DNA of 64,000 bases from the NCBI GenBank assembly GCA_965227775.1, contig OZ245777.1:1376001-1440000 (forward strand), written 5' to 3'. Made by a program: the position numbers and the translations under genes. This DNA comes from Phycisphaerales bacterium. Its GTDB lineage: Bacteria; Planctomycetota; Phycisphaerae; Phycisphaerales; UBA1924. Below the pieces are notes generated by a model. That model was not told the origin of the DNA. It saw only the letters and a program-made list of their open reading frames with translations, and did no database searches. This document shows, one piece after another, positions 7,663 through 17,423 of the stretch. Numbering within the stretch: the first letter of the stretch is position 1; each line of letters opens with the position of its first letter.

Positions 7663-9513
7663 ATGAATGACCCGCTCCGTACAACTTCCGCCCGCCCCTG
7701 GCGAGCCGTCCGGCTCGTCCTGCTCTCGCTGCTCGTGACGTGCCTCGTGTCCGTCGAGGTCGGCTTGGCCCAAGACGGCGCGGGCAGCGAGGCCGGCCCG
7801 GCACCCTCGGCCTCCGTGCCTGCTTCCCGGCAGGCCCAGGAAGTCGTCGTGATGCCGATCCGCACGGCCATCGACCGCTTCACGGTGAAGAGCCTCGAGC
7901 AGCGCATGCAGCGCGCCGAAGACGACGGCGCGCAGGCGGTGGTGATCGAGCTGGACACGCCCGGCGGTGAGGTCGGCGCAGTGCTCGAGATCAGCAACCT
8001 GCTCAAGACCAGCCAGGTGCCGACGATCGTGGCCTGGGTGAACTACACGGCCCTGAGCGGCGGAGCGATTATCGCCATGGCGTGCGACGAGATCGTGACA
8101 GCAGACCCTGGCACGCTGGGCGATGCCATCCCGATCCAGGTCTCGCAGCTGTTCGGCTTGCAGCAGATGGCCGAGGACGAAAAGCAGAAGATTCTGGCAC
8201 CGCTGCTGGTCGATCTCGTCGATTCGGCCCGCCGGAACGGATACGACGAGAAGCTCATGCAGGGCTTTGTCTCGCTTGGTGTCGAGCTTTGGATGATTGA
8301 GCGCACGAGGCCGGGCCCTGAGGGCCAGCCGGTTGGTGAGCGCATGTTCATTGACTTGGCCGAGTATCGGCTGCTCTTCGGCGAGCCGCCGGAAGCGCGC
8401 ATGTCCCAGATCCCGTCGGCGGGCACCGGCTTCACCGAGCCGGCAAGCGAGGACGATGCGTCGACGCCCTGGCCCACCGCGCCCGGCGACGCGACAGCAT
8501 TCCGCCCGGCATCGCCGGAGCTTGCGGTCCTCGACGAGAAGCCCGAGACCAGCGTGAGTGACAATCTCGTTGTACCGACGACTCGTCCGACGCTGAGCGA
8601 GGGCGATCGTGGCGGCTGGCGCGTCGTCGCGTACGTGACCGACGGCAAGGCCCCGGTGACGATGACGAGCGAGCAGCTCGTGCGCTACGACGTTGCCAAC
8701 CGAGTCGTGCAGAGCGACGCGGACCTCAAGGCTTTCTTTGGCGCCACATCGATGGTGCGGTATGAAGAGAACTTCTGGTTCGCCCTTGCACGATTTATGT
8801 CCAACCCGCTTGTGCGCGGCTTGCTGCTGGTGTGCGTGGTGGTGGGCTTCTTCGTCGAGATGGCCAGCCCGGGGTTGGGCGTCTTTGGCGCCATCGGCCT
8901 GCTCGCGCTCGTCGGCCTGCTCGCGCCCGCTGCCATGGTGGGCATGGCCGGCTGGTGGGAGTTTGCTGCGCTCGGGCTCGGCGCCGTGCTGGTGCTGATA
9001 GAGGTGTTCGTTGTGCCTGGGCTCGGTGTACCGGGTGTCATCGGAGCGGTGCTCGTCTTCCTCGGGTTGCTGGGCACGTTCACGGGCGGCAACGGCTTCC
9101 AGACCCAGGGCGAGTTGCTCACGGGCGTCGTCGTCTTGCTGCTCTCGCTGGCAACGGCGGGGGTGATCATCTTCCTGATTGCACGAAATCTCGGCAGCAT
9201 TCCTGGGCTCAATCGCTTGATTCTCAAGAGCGTGCCTTCAGAGGATGATGAGAGCCCGACCTTCTTCGACGCGATGGTGCCCACGCAGCCGGCCGCAGCG
9301 GGCCTGGAAGTTGGCGCCGTGGGCGAGGCCGTCGGCGTGCTTCGGCCGTCCGGCCGGGCCCGTTTCGCCGAAGCGCTGGTCGACGTGGTGTCGGTTGGGC
9401 CGATCATCGAGAGCGGCCAGCGTGTGCGTGTCATCGAGGCTTCGGCGTTCAGTGTGGTGGTCGAGAAGGCCGATGAATCCGGCGGGGACGAACCCGCCGG
9501 GGAGGAGGCCTGA
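7663..9513 (+). CDS. nfeD: Long-form NfeD (YqeZ-like) membrane-bound ClpP-class serine protease
   Basis: Signal peptide, IELDTPGG, ALSGGAIIAMACDEI, a TM bundle (EMASPGLGVFG, EVFVVPG) and a C-terminal OB fold (LRPSGRA). Confidence 0.88.
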   Translation: MNDPLRTTSARPWRAVRLVLLSLLVTCLVSVEVGLAQDGAGSEAGPAPSASVPASRQAQEVVVMPIRTAIDRFTVKSLEQRMQRAEDDGAQAVVIELDTPGGEVGAVLEISNLLKTSQVPTIVAWVNYTALSGGAIIAMACDEIVTADPGTLGDAIPIQVSQLFGLQQMAEDEKQKILAPLLVDLVDSARRNGYDEKLMQGFVSLGVELWMIERTRPGPEGQPVGERMFIDLAEYRLLFGEPPEARMSQIPSAGTGFTEPASEDDASTPWPTAPGDATAFRPASPELAVLDEKPETSVSDNLVVPTTRPTLSEGDRGGWRVVAYVTDGKAPVTMTSEQLVRYDVANRVVQSDADLKAFFGATSMVRYEENFWFALARFMSNPLVRGLLLVCVVVGFFVEMASPGLGVFGAIGLLALVGLLAPAAMVGMAGWWEFAALGLGAVLVLIEVFVVPGLGVPGVIGAVLVFLGLLGTFTGGNGFQTQGELLTGVVVLLLSLATAGVIIFLIARNLGSIPGLNRLILKSVPSEDDESPTFFDAMVPTQPAAAGLEVGAVGEAVGVLRPSGRARFAEALVDVVSVGPIIESGQRVRVIEASAFSVVVEKADESGGDEPAGEEA

Positions 9514-10013
9514 TGGACCCGCTGCTGGTCTGGGGATTGCTGCTGCTGGGCATCGCCGCCTTCTTGGGGCTGATGGAGTTCTTCGTGCCCAGCGCGGGCA
9601 TCATCGGCATCGTGGCGCTCGTCGTCGCGATCGCCGGCGTCGTGTGTTTGTGGAGTTACGAGACGGCGTGGGGTGTGACCGGCATGCTGGGCGTCATCGT
9701 CATCGCGCCCACGGCCACGTACTTCGGATTCAAGGTGCTGCCCTACACGCCGATCGGCAAGGGGCTCATCCTGAGCAACCCGGATCCCGACGACCCTGCC
9801 AGCGATCCGACGAACGCGACACACGCGCAGCGGATCGCGCTCGTCGGGCAGGAAGGCGTCGTCGAGACAGATCTGCGGCCTATCGGGATCGTGAAGATCG
9901 AGGGGCACCGCCACGATGCCGTGGCCGAGAGCGGTTACGTCGCTCGCGGCTCGCGCGTGAAGGTGGTCTCTGCCGACGGCATCCAGCTCAAGGTGCGCGA
10001 AACCACGGCGTAG
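9513..10013 (+). CDS. Short NfeD-family protein
   Basis: EFFVPSAGIIG TM segment and an OB fold (VGQEGVVETDLRPIG). Translationally coupled (TGATG). Confidence 0.88.
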   Translation: MDPLLVWGLLLLGIAAFLGLMEFFVPSAGIIGIVALVVAIAGVVCLWSYETAWGVTGMLGVIVIAPTATYFGFKVLPYTPIGKGLILSNPDPDDPASDPTNATHAQRIALVGQEGVVETDLRPIGIVKIEGHRHDAVAESGYVARGSRVKVVSADGIQLKVRETTA

Positions 10014-10180
10014 CAGTCCCGCGGTCAGATTCACCGGCGTAGGGACCAGCCAGCGTCGGCAGGCGGGAGGTCCCCCAAGGGCGATATCCCGCTTGCAGCG
10101 GCGGGCCGTGGGCTTATAGTCCGGCCATATCCGCCGGCGCGGGCTCTTACTTGCCCGGTCGGCCCCAGGAGGTGTCAGGA

Positions 10181-11203
10181 ATGGGCAGTATTCCCCCGGG
10201 TGTCTGGATCGCGATCGGCGTCGTCCTGCTGATCATCGTGATCGTCATCGTGGCGATCCTCGGCCGGTTCATCAAGCTGTGGATCCAGGCGTTCGTCTCC
10301 GAGGCCAAGGTCAGCTTTGGCGCGCTGATTGGCATGTGGCTGCGGAAAGTCGACATGAACATCATCGTCTTCAGCCGTATCCGTGCGGTGAAGGCGAAGC
10401 TCAACATCTCGACCGACGAGCTCGAGACGCACTACCTGGCCGGTGGACGCGTGCCGAACGTCATTAGCGCGATGATCGCCGCGAGCAACGCCAAGATCGA
10501 GTTGCCTTGGGGCGTGGCTACGGCCATCGACCTGGCCGGCCGAGACATCCTTGACGCCGTGAACACGAGCGTGAACCCGAAGGTCATCGATTGCCCCGGG
10601 CCCAACCAGCCGCGGCCGACGATCGATGCTGTGGCTCAGGACGGCATCCAGCTCAAGGCCAAGGCCCGCGTGACGGTGCGGACGAACCTGGCCCGCCTGG
10701 TCGGTGGTGCCACCGAGGAGACGATCATCGCCCGCGTGGGCGAGGGCATCGTCACGACGATCGGCTCGGCACTGGACCACAAGGCGGTCCTCGAGAACCC
10801 CGACAACATTTCGAAGGTTGTGATGCAGCGCGGCCTCGACGCGGGCACGGCGTTCGAGATCCTCTCGATCGACATCGCCGACATCGACGTGGGCGAGAAC
10901 ATCGGTGCCCGCCTGCAGACCGACCAGGCCGAGGCCGACAAGAAGCGGGCGCAGGCCGAGGCCGAGAAGCGGCGCGCGATGGCGGTCGCGGCCGAGCAGG
11001 AGTTCCGCGCCGAGGAGCAGAAGAACCGGGCGCTGGTCGTGCTGGCCGAGGCCGAGGTTCCCAAGGCGATGGCCGAGGCTTTCCGCGGTGGCAACCTTGG
11101 TGTGATGGACTATTACCGCATGCAGAACATCCAGGCCGACACGTCGATGCGCGGCTCCATCGCGGGCGAGGATGCCGCCAGGGATCGCCAAGCAAACGAC
11201 TGA
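10181..11203 (+). CDS. floA: Flotillin-like protein FloA (YqfA family)
   Basis: [44 protein letters not shown] and [13 protein letters not shown] motifs. GGAGG RBS. Confidence 0.95.
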   Translation: MGSIPPGVWIAIGVVLLIIVIVIVAILGRFIKLWIQAFVSEAKVSFGALIGMWLRKVDMNIIVFSRIRAVKAKLNISTDELETHYLAGGRVPNVISAMIAASNAKIELPWGVATAIDLAGRDILDAVNTSVNPKVIDCPGPNQPRPTIDAVAQDGIQLKAKARVTVRTNLARLVGGATEETIIARVGEGIVTTIGSALDHKAVLENPDNISKVVMQRGLDAGTAFEILSIDIADIDVGENIGARLQTDQAEADKKRAQAEAEKRRAMAVAAEQEFRAEEQKNRALVVLAEAEVPKAMAEAFRGGNLGVMDYYRMQNIQADTSMRGSIAGEDAARDRQAND

Positions 11204-11227
11204 CGAAGCACTTTACGGCCAAATCAA

Positions 11228-11258
11228 AACGCCCACGCGGGGTGCGTGGGCGTTGTTC
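11228..11258. terminator. Bidirectional intrinsic terminator between floA and the 3D-domain gene
   Basis: AACGCCCACGC-GGGGT-GCGTGGGCGTT flanked by A- and T-rich tracts. Confidence 0.75.
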
Positions 11259-11276
11259 ATTTGAGATCGGGCGTGC

Positions 11277-11984
11277 TTACGAGCGCTGCTTGCGGGGGTC
11301 GATGGCGGGCTTTCCGTCGGCGTATTCCCAGATCACCACGTCGAGGGTCTTCACACCCCACTGGAGCGCTGCTTCGTGGCTGGGGAAGAGGAGGTCGAGG
11401 CGGTTGCCCTTGATGGCACCGCCGCGATCGAGCACCGGAACGACCTTGCCGTCGTTGTAGCCCTCGATGCTGAGCATCGTGCCGAACGGCAGGAGGTCCG
11501 TATCGGCCGCGACGAGGAAGCCGCCGTTCGCATCGACCGAGTGCAGCGTGGCCGTCTGGCCATCTGCGAAGGGGTAGCACGAGGCGGCGTCGGCCGAGTA
11601 CGCGGTCACCTTCATGGTGATGGTGCGCGCCGGGCGGACAGGGCGGCCGTTGAACCAGCGCACGCTCGTATCGGGTTCGAGGCTGGTGCCAAGCGACGCG
11701 AACGCGGGCGTCGCAAGGGCGGCAGGCTGCACGGCCTGCTCCTGAACGGTTGGCTGGGCTTCGGGCGTTTCGACAGCGGCCGTCTGGGGCGGCGTGATCG
11801 AGGCCATCGGGCTCACCGGCCCGAGCTGCTTGGCGATGATGGCGGTGGCCACGGTCACGACCGCTCCACCGAGCCAGAGGATGCCCGCCGAGGGCCGCCG
11901 GCCGCTCACGGGCGCAGCGAAGGCGGTCATGTCCTGTATCGGGGCCGCGCAGGCCCCCGTCTCGCGCTCATCGCGCACGTTCAT
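11277..11984 (-). CDS. 3D-domain protein (MltA-like double-psi barrel; peptidoglycan remodelling), membrane-anchored
   Basis: VTAYS, VAADTDLLPFGT and VLDRGGAIKGNRLDL (three Asp) motifs and an N-terminal hydrophobic helix. Start is 11984 or 11930. Confidence 0.88.
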   Translation of the reverse strand: MNVRDERETGACAAPIQDMTAFAAPVSGRRPSAGILWLGGAVVTVATAIIAKQLGPVSPMASITPPQTAAVETPEAQPTVQEQAVQPAALATPAFASLGTSLEPDTSVRWFNGRPVRPARTITMKVTAYSADAASCYPFADGQTATLHSVDANGGFLVAADTDLLPFGTMLSIEGYNDGKVVPVLDRGGAIKGNRLDLLFPSHEAALQWGVKTLDVVIWEYADGKPAIDPRKQRS

Positions 11985-11989
11985 GTCTT

Positions 11990-12165
11990 CGTTTTTTTGA
12001 AACACCACCGGTCTCCGCTTGCCGGCCGACCGGGCGAACGGGGCCACCACGCCCCGAGGCTCCACCCGATCTTCGATTGCGGTCCCTGGGGCACCACCCC
12101 CTGGGGACCGACCGGCTCGCGTTCTGGCCCACGGTAGGGGCCACCGGCGATCCGGTCAGCCAACG
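11990..12165 (-). promoter_or_regulatory. Structured 5' leader of the 3D-domain gene with GUGGUG hairpin loops
   Basis: Closing helix 12152-63/12022-33 needs three G-U pairs that only work on the minus strand. Hairpins at 12039-56, 12080-12110 and 12125-43. Confidence 0.5.
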
Positions 12166-12290
12166 GTCAGTTCCCGTTCTCGGACGAGGTCGGCATTCCG
12201 CGTCCGTGGCTGAAGGCAAACTGCGCCGAGGGCGTCCAAAAGCGAGCTGGGAGCATCTGCGGCGGGCACTTTTCCCTACCGTTGGCCCGC

Positions 12291-13169
12291 ATGACCCCTA
12301 CAGAGATCTTGATCTGCCTGGTTATCGGTGCCTTGGCCGGCGTGTTGGGCGGGCTGGCGGGCATCGGCGGATCGATGATCATGCTGCCCGCGCTAGCCCT
12401 GTTCGTGGCCGACCCGGATCCCGACAGCGCTCACCACTTGTTCATGGCGTCTGCCATGGTGGTGAACGCCGTCGTGAGCTTTCCGGCGGCGCTGCGGCAC
12501 AAGAAGGCCAAGGCCATCCACTACGGCGCCCTGCGGGTCATCCTGCCGGCGATGGCGATCTCGATCGTCGCGGGCGTCCTCATCTCGAATCTGATTGAGG
12601 GCCTGACGCTGCGCAAGATCCTGGCCGGGTTCATCGCGGCCTACGCGCTCATGACCATCTACCGCTTCTTCAAGAAGAGTGACGAGCCCGAGCTGGACGC
12701 CAAGGGCGTGCACGCGGTTCGGCTGACGGTGATCGGCGTCGCAACGGGTCTTGTTGCCGGGCTGCTGGGCATCGGTGGGGGCGTGCTCATGGTGCCCATG
12801 CTGCAGGTCTTCTGCAAGATGCCCATCAAGAACGCCATCGCGACTAGCTCGGCGGTCATGGTGCTGACGGCGATCGTCGGCGCTTCGCTCAAGCTCGCGA
12901 CGCTCGGGCCCGAGCACCAGCGGAGCGTGATGGATGCGCTCATCATCGCGGCGGCCATCTCGCCCACGGCGTTCTTCGGCGCGCGGCTGGGGGCGACGCT
13001 GACGCACAAGCTCCCGCTCCAGGCCGTCCGCCTGGTGGTGTCGCTCGCGCTGCTGGTCGTGGCTGCCAGAATGGCGGCCGACGCGTGGAGCCAGCGCCAC
13101 AAGAGCGTGCAGGATCAGCCCGTGGACGCTCCGCAACGCGTCGAGCAAGCCGCGCCGGGCCCTGCGTGA
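12291..13169 (+). CDS. Sulfite exporter TauE/SafE family protein
   Basis: Twice-repeated GLxGIGGG-like motif, AIATSS, and about 8 TM helices. Confidence 0.9.
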   Translation: MTPTEILICLVIGALAGVLGGLAGIGGSMIMLPALALFVADPDPDSAHHLFMASAMVVNAVVSFPAALRHKKAKAIHYGALRVILPAMAISIVAGVLISNLIEGLTLRKILAGFIAAYALMTIYRFFKKSDEPELDAKGVHAVRLTVIGVATGLVAGLLGIGGGVLMVPMLQVFCKMPIKNAIATSSAVMVLTAIVGASLKLATLGPEHQRSVMDALIIAAAISPTAFFGARLGATLTHKLPLQAVRLVVSLALLVVAARMAADAWSQRHKSVQDQPVDAPQRVEQAAPGPA

Positions 13170-13248
13170 GAAACCCCTTGCCGGCCCGCCGAATGCATGA
13201 ACAACGCCGTATCTTGCTCGGTTCGTTCCGTGCAAAGGAGCGTGTGCT

Positions 13249-14079
13249 ATGTCCATCGGATTCGTGAACAACGCCAAGACCGTGCTGCTGCTGGGTGCCC
13301 TAATGGGCCTGGTCATCGGTGTTGGCTATGCGCTGGGCGGGCCCAGCGCGATCCTGCCGGCGATCTTCATCGCCATCGTGATGAACTTTGTCGCGTTCTT
13401 CTTCTCGGGCCCAATCGCAATCAAGTCGATGCGAGGCCGCGAGGTGACGGGCGGCAAGCTCTACGAGATGGTCGACGAGCTGCGCCAGCGGGCGGGTCTG
13501 CCGATGCCCGAGGTCTACGTCTGCCCGCATCAGGCGCCCAACGCGTTCGCGACCGGTCGCAGCCCGAAGCAGGCCGCGGTCGCGGTGACCGAGGGCGCGC
13601 TGCAGTTGCTGTCTCCAGACGAACTCGAAGGCGTGATGGCCCACGAGCTGGCGCACGTGAAGAACCGCGACACGCTCATCAGCACGATTGCGGCGACGGT
13701 GGGTGGTCTCATGGGCATGCTGGCCTACGGGCTCTTCCTGTTCGGCGGGAATCGCCAGGGCGGCAACCCGCTGCTGGCAATCGTTGCCGTGCTGGCCGGT
13801 GCAGTAGGTGCTGCGATCATTCGGTCGATGATCAGCCGCTCGCGCGAATTCGTGGCCGATGCGGACGGCGCAAAGATCGCTGGCTCTCCCGACGGGCTCA
13901 TCGGCGCGCTCCGCAAGCTCGAGACGTACGCCAAGCGCATCCCGATGCATAACCCGAATCCTGCGCAGAACAACCTGTTCATCATCGAGCCGCTGACGGG
14001 CGGCAAAACGCTGAGCGACCTGTTCGCGACGCATCCGCCAACCGAGAAGCGCGTGGCGGCGCTGATGCAGGCCCGCTAG
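13249..14079 (+). CDS. htpX: Zinc metalloprotease HtpX (M48)
   Basis: PNAFATGRSP, HELAHVKNRD, SRSREFVAD and FATHPPTEKR motifs; AAGGAG RBS. Confidence 0.93.
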   Translation: MSIGFVNNAKTVLLLGALMGLVIGVGYALGGPSAILPAIFIAIVMNFVAFFFSGPIAIKSMRGREVTGGKLYEMVDELRQRAGLPMPEVYVCPHQAPNAFATGRSPKQAAVAVTEGALQLLSPDELEGVMAHELAHVKNRDTLISTIAATVGGLMGMLAYGLFLFGGNRQGGNPLLAIVAVLAGAVGAAIIRSMISRSREFVADADGAKIAGSPDGLIGALRKLETYAKRIPMHNPNPAQNNLFIIEPLTGGKTLSDLFATHPPTEKRVAALMQAR

Positions 14080-16430
14080 TCGATGCCCAGTTCGCCCTCG
14101 CCCTGGCGATCGATCGCGACGTCGAGCTCGACGGTGCGGATCGGTAGGCATCGCTTGTCGTCGCACGCCTGATAGCTGACGACGAGCATGGGCCGGCCCG
14201 ACCACTCGCCCTCGAGCTCGAGCGCGACGGGGAACTCGACCTCGCCCTCGTGCACGAGCACCGCCTCATCGTGCGACCACGGCGTGCCCTTGGGGTAGTC
14301 GGCGTATACGCGCACGCCCGAGCCTCCGCGGACGCCGACGCGCAGGGGTGGAAGCTCAGTGTTGCCGGATTCGGCGGCGTAGACGTGCCAGCCGGGCATG
14401 ATGCGAACAACGAGGTGGAATTGCGCCGGCAGGTCGGGGCCCAGCGTCACGCGGTCGCCACTGGCGTAGATCTCGACTGGGGTAAACGAATCGTCGACGG
14501 GTTCGGGCATGGCCCGAACGCGCTCGAGTTCTGTGTCGATGACGCGCTCGGCGAATGCGTGGTCCTGCCGCATGAATCGCAGCAGGGCGGCGGTCGAGTT
14601 CGCGGTCCCCAGCGGTGAGTCGGCGATGGCCGGTGAAATGGCACGCAGGATGTTGGTCGCGTGGTCCATCACGCCGGTCTCGGGAGCAATCTCGTGCAGG
14701 GTCGCCAGCGCGTTAAGCAGCACGGAGTGCGCACTGGGCGTGGCGCCGTCGTAGGTGCTTCGGCCGCGGACGAACAACTCGGCGCTTCGCGTGTCGTAGA
14801 GGACGCCGGGTTCGTCAGCATTGCCAAACGCCGCGATCGTTGCGTTGAGCATCGAGGCCGCTTCCTCGATGCACTGTTTGGGATCGCTGGTATCGAGCAC
14901 GATGCGTGCCCGGGCGAGTTCGGCGAGTCCGTAGATACACCACGCGGCGTCTTCGAGGAAGCCCGCATCCGCGCGATCACCACCTCGCCAACTCCGGACG
15001 GGCAAGCCGTCGCCCGCGATCATGTGCTCGCGCAGGAATGCGGCGGTCCGATCGGCGTGCTTGAGCAGCGACGCATCCTGGAGTTCGATCGCGGCGGATG
15101 CGAACGCGTGGAGCATCATCGCGTTCCACGCGGCCAGGCACTTGTCGTCGCGCAGAGGCGGGTTTCGTTCGTCGCGAGCGCTGAGAAGGGACGCGTTGAT
15201 GTGGTCGAGCCGTTCCCGCAGCTGCGCGGCGTCCAGGTCGTGCTCACTCGCGTACTTCTCGAGTCGATCATCAAGACGGAGAACGCTTGCGGGCGCGGCG
15301 TCCGGGTGGTGGGGGTCCCGAAAGTTGGGGCCGCGGTCGAGGCCATAGAGGGAGACAGCTAGGTCGGCGTCGTCCTGGGAAAGCGTGGTGCGCACTTCGT
15401 CGGCCGTCCACAGATAGTTCAGGCCTTCCCGTCCGTCGACCTCGGCGTCGAGTGCGCTCGCGAATCCGCCGCTTTCAAGCCGCATCTCGCGTTCGGTCCA
15501 CTCTACGATGCGACGTGCCACGTGCGCGTAGCCGGCGTCGTCGAATGTACGCGATGCCCTCGCGTACGCGGCCAGGAGCTGCGCGTTGTCGTAGAGCATC
15601 TTCTCGAAGTGAGGGACGGTCCAGTTGGCGTCGACGGCGTAGCGATGGAAGCCGCCGCAAATATGGTCGTGGATGCCTCCGACCATCATGCGGTCGAGTG
15701 CGTAGCGGAGCGTGGCATCGGCGGCCTGCTTCGTTGCGTCGTCGGCCGAGTCGCGTGCCGAGAGCAACAGATCGAGGTATACCGGCTGTGGGAACTTGGG
15801 CGCACCGCCAAACCCGCCGTTGGTGCGGTCGACCATGGTCAGCAGCGTGCGCACGGCCTGGGCGATGGCCTGCGGCCCGACGTCGATGCGGTCACCTGCG
15901 GTGACGCTCAGGCCGTCGCTCACGGCTTCGGCCAGCCTGCCGGCTTGCTCCATGACTTCGTCTCGCTGCTCGTGCCACGCCTGCGAGACACCCTGGAGCA
16001 CCTCGAGAAAGCTCGGCCGGCCGTGCATGGGCTGCGGCGGGAAGTAGGTCCCGGCCCAGAATGGCTTGCCGGTGGCGGGCTCGAGGAAGACGCTCATGGG
16101 CCATCCGCCGCTGCCGGTCATGATCTGCGTGGCGGCCATATAGGCCTCGTCGATGTCGGGGCGCTCCTCGCGGTCGACCTTGACGCACACGAAGCGTTCG
16201 GCCATGGCTTGCGCAACGGCATGGTCTTCGAAACTCTCACGCTCCATGACGTGGCACCAGTAACAGGTGGCGTAGCCGATGCTCAGGAAGATGGGCACGT
16301 CGCGGCGGCGGGCTTCCTCGAACGCGGCGTCACCCCAGGGCATCCACGGCACGGGGTTGTGCGCGTGCTGCAGCAGGTAAGGGCTGCGCTCGTGGACGAG
16401 TGCGTTGGCTTCTCTGGTCTCAGGCGGCAT
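14076..16430 (-). CDS. YyaL/SSP411 family thioredoxin + six-hairpin glycosidase-like protein with a C-terminal DsbD-N-like domain
   Basis: SPYLLQHAHNPV, CYWCHVMERESF, GGWPMSVFL, PHFEKMLYDNAQL; the C-terminus has GWHVY and YQACDDKRCLP. Confidence 0.92.
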   Translation of the reverse strand: MPPETREANALVHERSPYLLQHAHNPVPWMPWGDAAFEEARRRDVPIFLSIGYATCYWCHVMERESFEDHAVAQAMAERFVCVKVDREERPDIDEAYMAATQIMTGSGGWPMSVFLEPATGKPFWAGTYFPPQPMHGRPSFLEVLQGVSQAWHEQRDEVMEQAGRLAEAVSDGLSVTAGDRIDVGPQAIAQAVRTLLTMVDRTNGGFGGAPKFPQPVYLDLLLSARDSADDATKQAADATLRYALDRMMVGGIHDHICGGFHRYAVDANWTVPHFEKMLYDNAQLLAAYARASRTFDDAGYAHVARRIVEWTEREMRLESGGFASALDAEVDGREGLNYLWTADEVRTTLSQDDADLAVSLYGLDRGPNFRDPHHPDAAPASVLRLDDRLEKYASEHDLDAAQLRERLDHINASLLSARDERNPPLRDDKCLAAWNAMMLHAFASAAIELQDASLLKHADRTAAFLREHMIAGDGLPVRSWRGGDRADAGFLEDAAWCIYGLAELARARIVLDTSDPKQCIEEAASMLNATIAAFGNADEPGVLYDTRSAELFVRGRSTYDGATPSAHSVLLNALATLHEIAPETGVMDHATNILRAISPAIADSPLGTANSTAALLRFMRQDHAFAERVIDTELERVRAMPEPVDDSFTPVEIYASGDRVTLGPDLPAQFHLVVRIMPGWHVYAAESGNTELPPLRVGVRGGSGVRVYADYPKGTPWSHDEAVLVHEGEVEFPVALELEGEWSGRPMLVVSYQACDDKRCLPIRTVELDVAIDRQGEGELGID

Positions 16431-17412
16431 CTTTGCTCATCACGCGGACGACCATCGACGACACGTTCGCGCTCGCGAGCTCGTCGACGGGGGCGAGTTC
16501 TCCCGGCTCGCGCATTCCGCGGGCACGGGTGCCGAGGCGCTCGGTGGCCATCGTGCTGGCGTGCAGCACGACATCGACCGGCAGGGTGCTCAGCGTCACG
16601 CTGACCAGGCCGCGCATGAGGGCGGGCGCGTCATCGTCCTGGCAGGCCACGATCTCGGGCAGGTGCTGGTCGAACGCGTCCGCATAGCGGGCGGCGGCCT
16701 CTCGGGCTCGGGCGCACCAGGCCTCGCGTTCGGGCCCCGGGCCGGGCGTGCGCACGGGCGTGGCGTTGAGTCCCCCGACGACCGCGTCCATCGCGGCGCG
16801 CAACGCTTCGAGCTCGGGCTCGAGCATGTCGCGGGCGATGACGATGCTGTCGGCGTCGGCCTGCAAGAGCACGGGCATGACGAGTGCCAGGCGGTCGCGC
16901 TGCTTGCTCAGGCGCTGCTCGGCCTTCTGCACCACGCTGCTTGGCTCGGGGCGGACGACGGTGAGTGCGTGCCTCGCGGCGTATCGATCGAGGCCCAGCA
17001 TGACCGGCACGCTCACACCTGGGTCGGGGCCGGCCCGCAGCACGTCGCGCGAGACGGCTTGCAGGTAATCGTCCTCGTCACCGAAGAGATCGAGCCGCAT
17101 GAGCGGGCCGAGCGAGGCGCAGGCGGGGTCGGTGGTCAGCCGCTTCCAGGCGCTGGCCATCTCGGCGGCGGGATGGGCGAGATTGTCGACCGACGGCAGC
17201 ACGACGCCGGCTTCCCAGAGCGGCTGGCTCCAGCGCCAGCTTCGGATCATGTCGAGATACTCGGGCACGCGGTCGGCGGCCGAGCGGGCGGCGGTAGGGC
17301 TCACGCCCTGGGGCGAGGGAAGCAGCGTGTAGACCTGGTCTGCCAGCAGCACGGCGGCCATGACGGGCGCCTCGCGCGTGGTGAAGTGGTATGGGCTGAC
17401 CAGTGCATCCAT
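16420..17412 (-). CDS. Hypothetical protein
   Basis: 330-aa ORF with normal globular composition, packed in operon order between the hydrolase and yyaL genes. Confidence 0.7.
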   Translation of the reverse strand: MDALVSPYHFTTREAPVMAAVLLADQVYTLLPSPQGVSPTAARSAADRVPEYLDMIRSWRWSQPLWEAGVVLPSVDNLAHPAAEMASAWKRLTTDPACASLGPLMRLDLFGDEDDYLQAVSRDVLRAGPDPGVSVPVMLGLDRYAARHALTVVRPEPSSVVQKAEQRLSKQRDRLALVMPVLLQADADSIVIARDMLEPELEALRAAMDAVVGGLNATPVRTPGPGPEREAWCARAREAAARYADAFDQHLPEIVACQDDDAPALMRGLVSVTLSTLPVDVVLHASTMATERLGTRARGMREPGELAPVDELASANVSSMVVRVMSKDAA

Positions 17413-17423
17413 CGACCGAGATC

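Noticed and set aside
12003..12097. GTGGTG hexamers as a classical MraZ operator for the 3D gene
   Set aside because: Spacing is 42 and 47 bp rather than the 10-bp phasing MraZ needs, and two of the three sit in hairpin loops.
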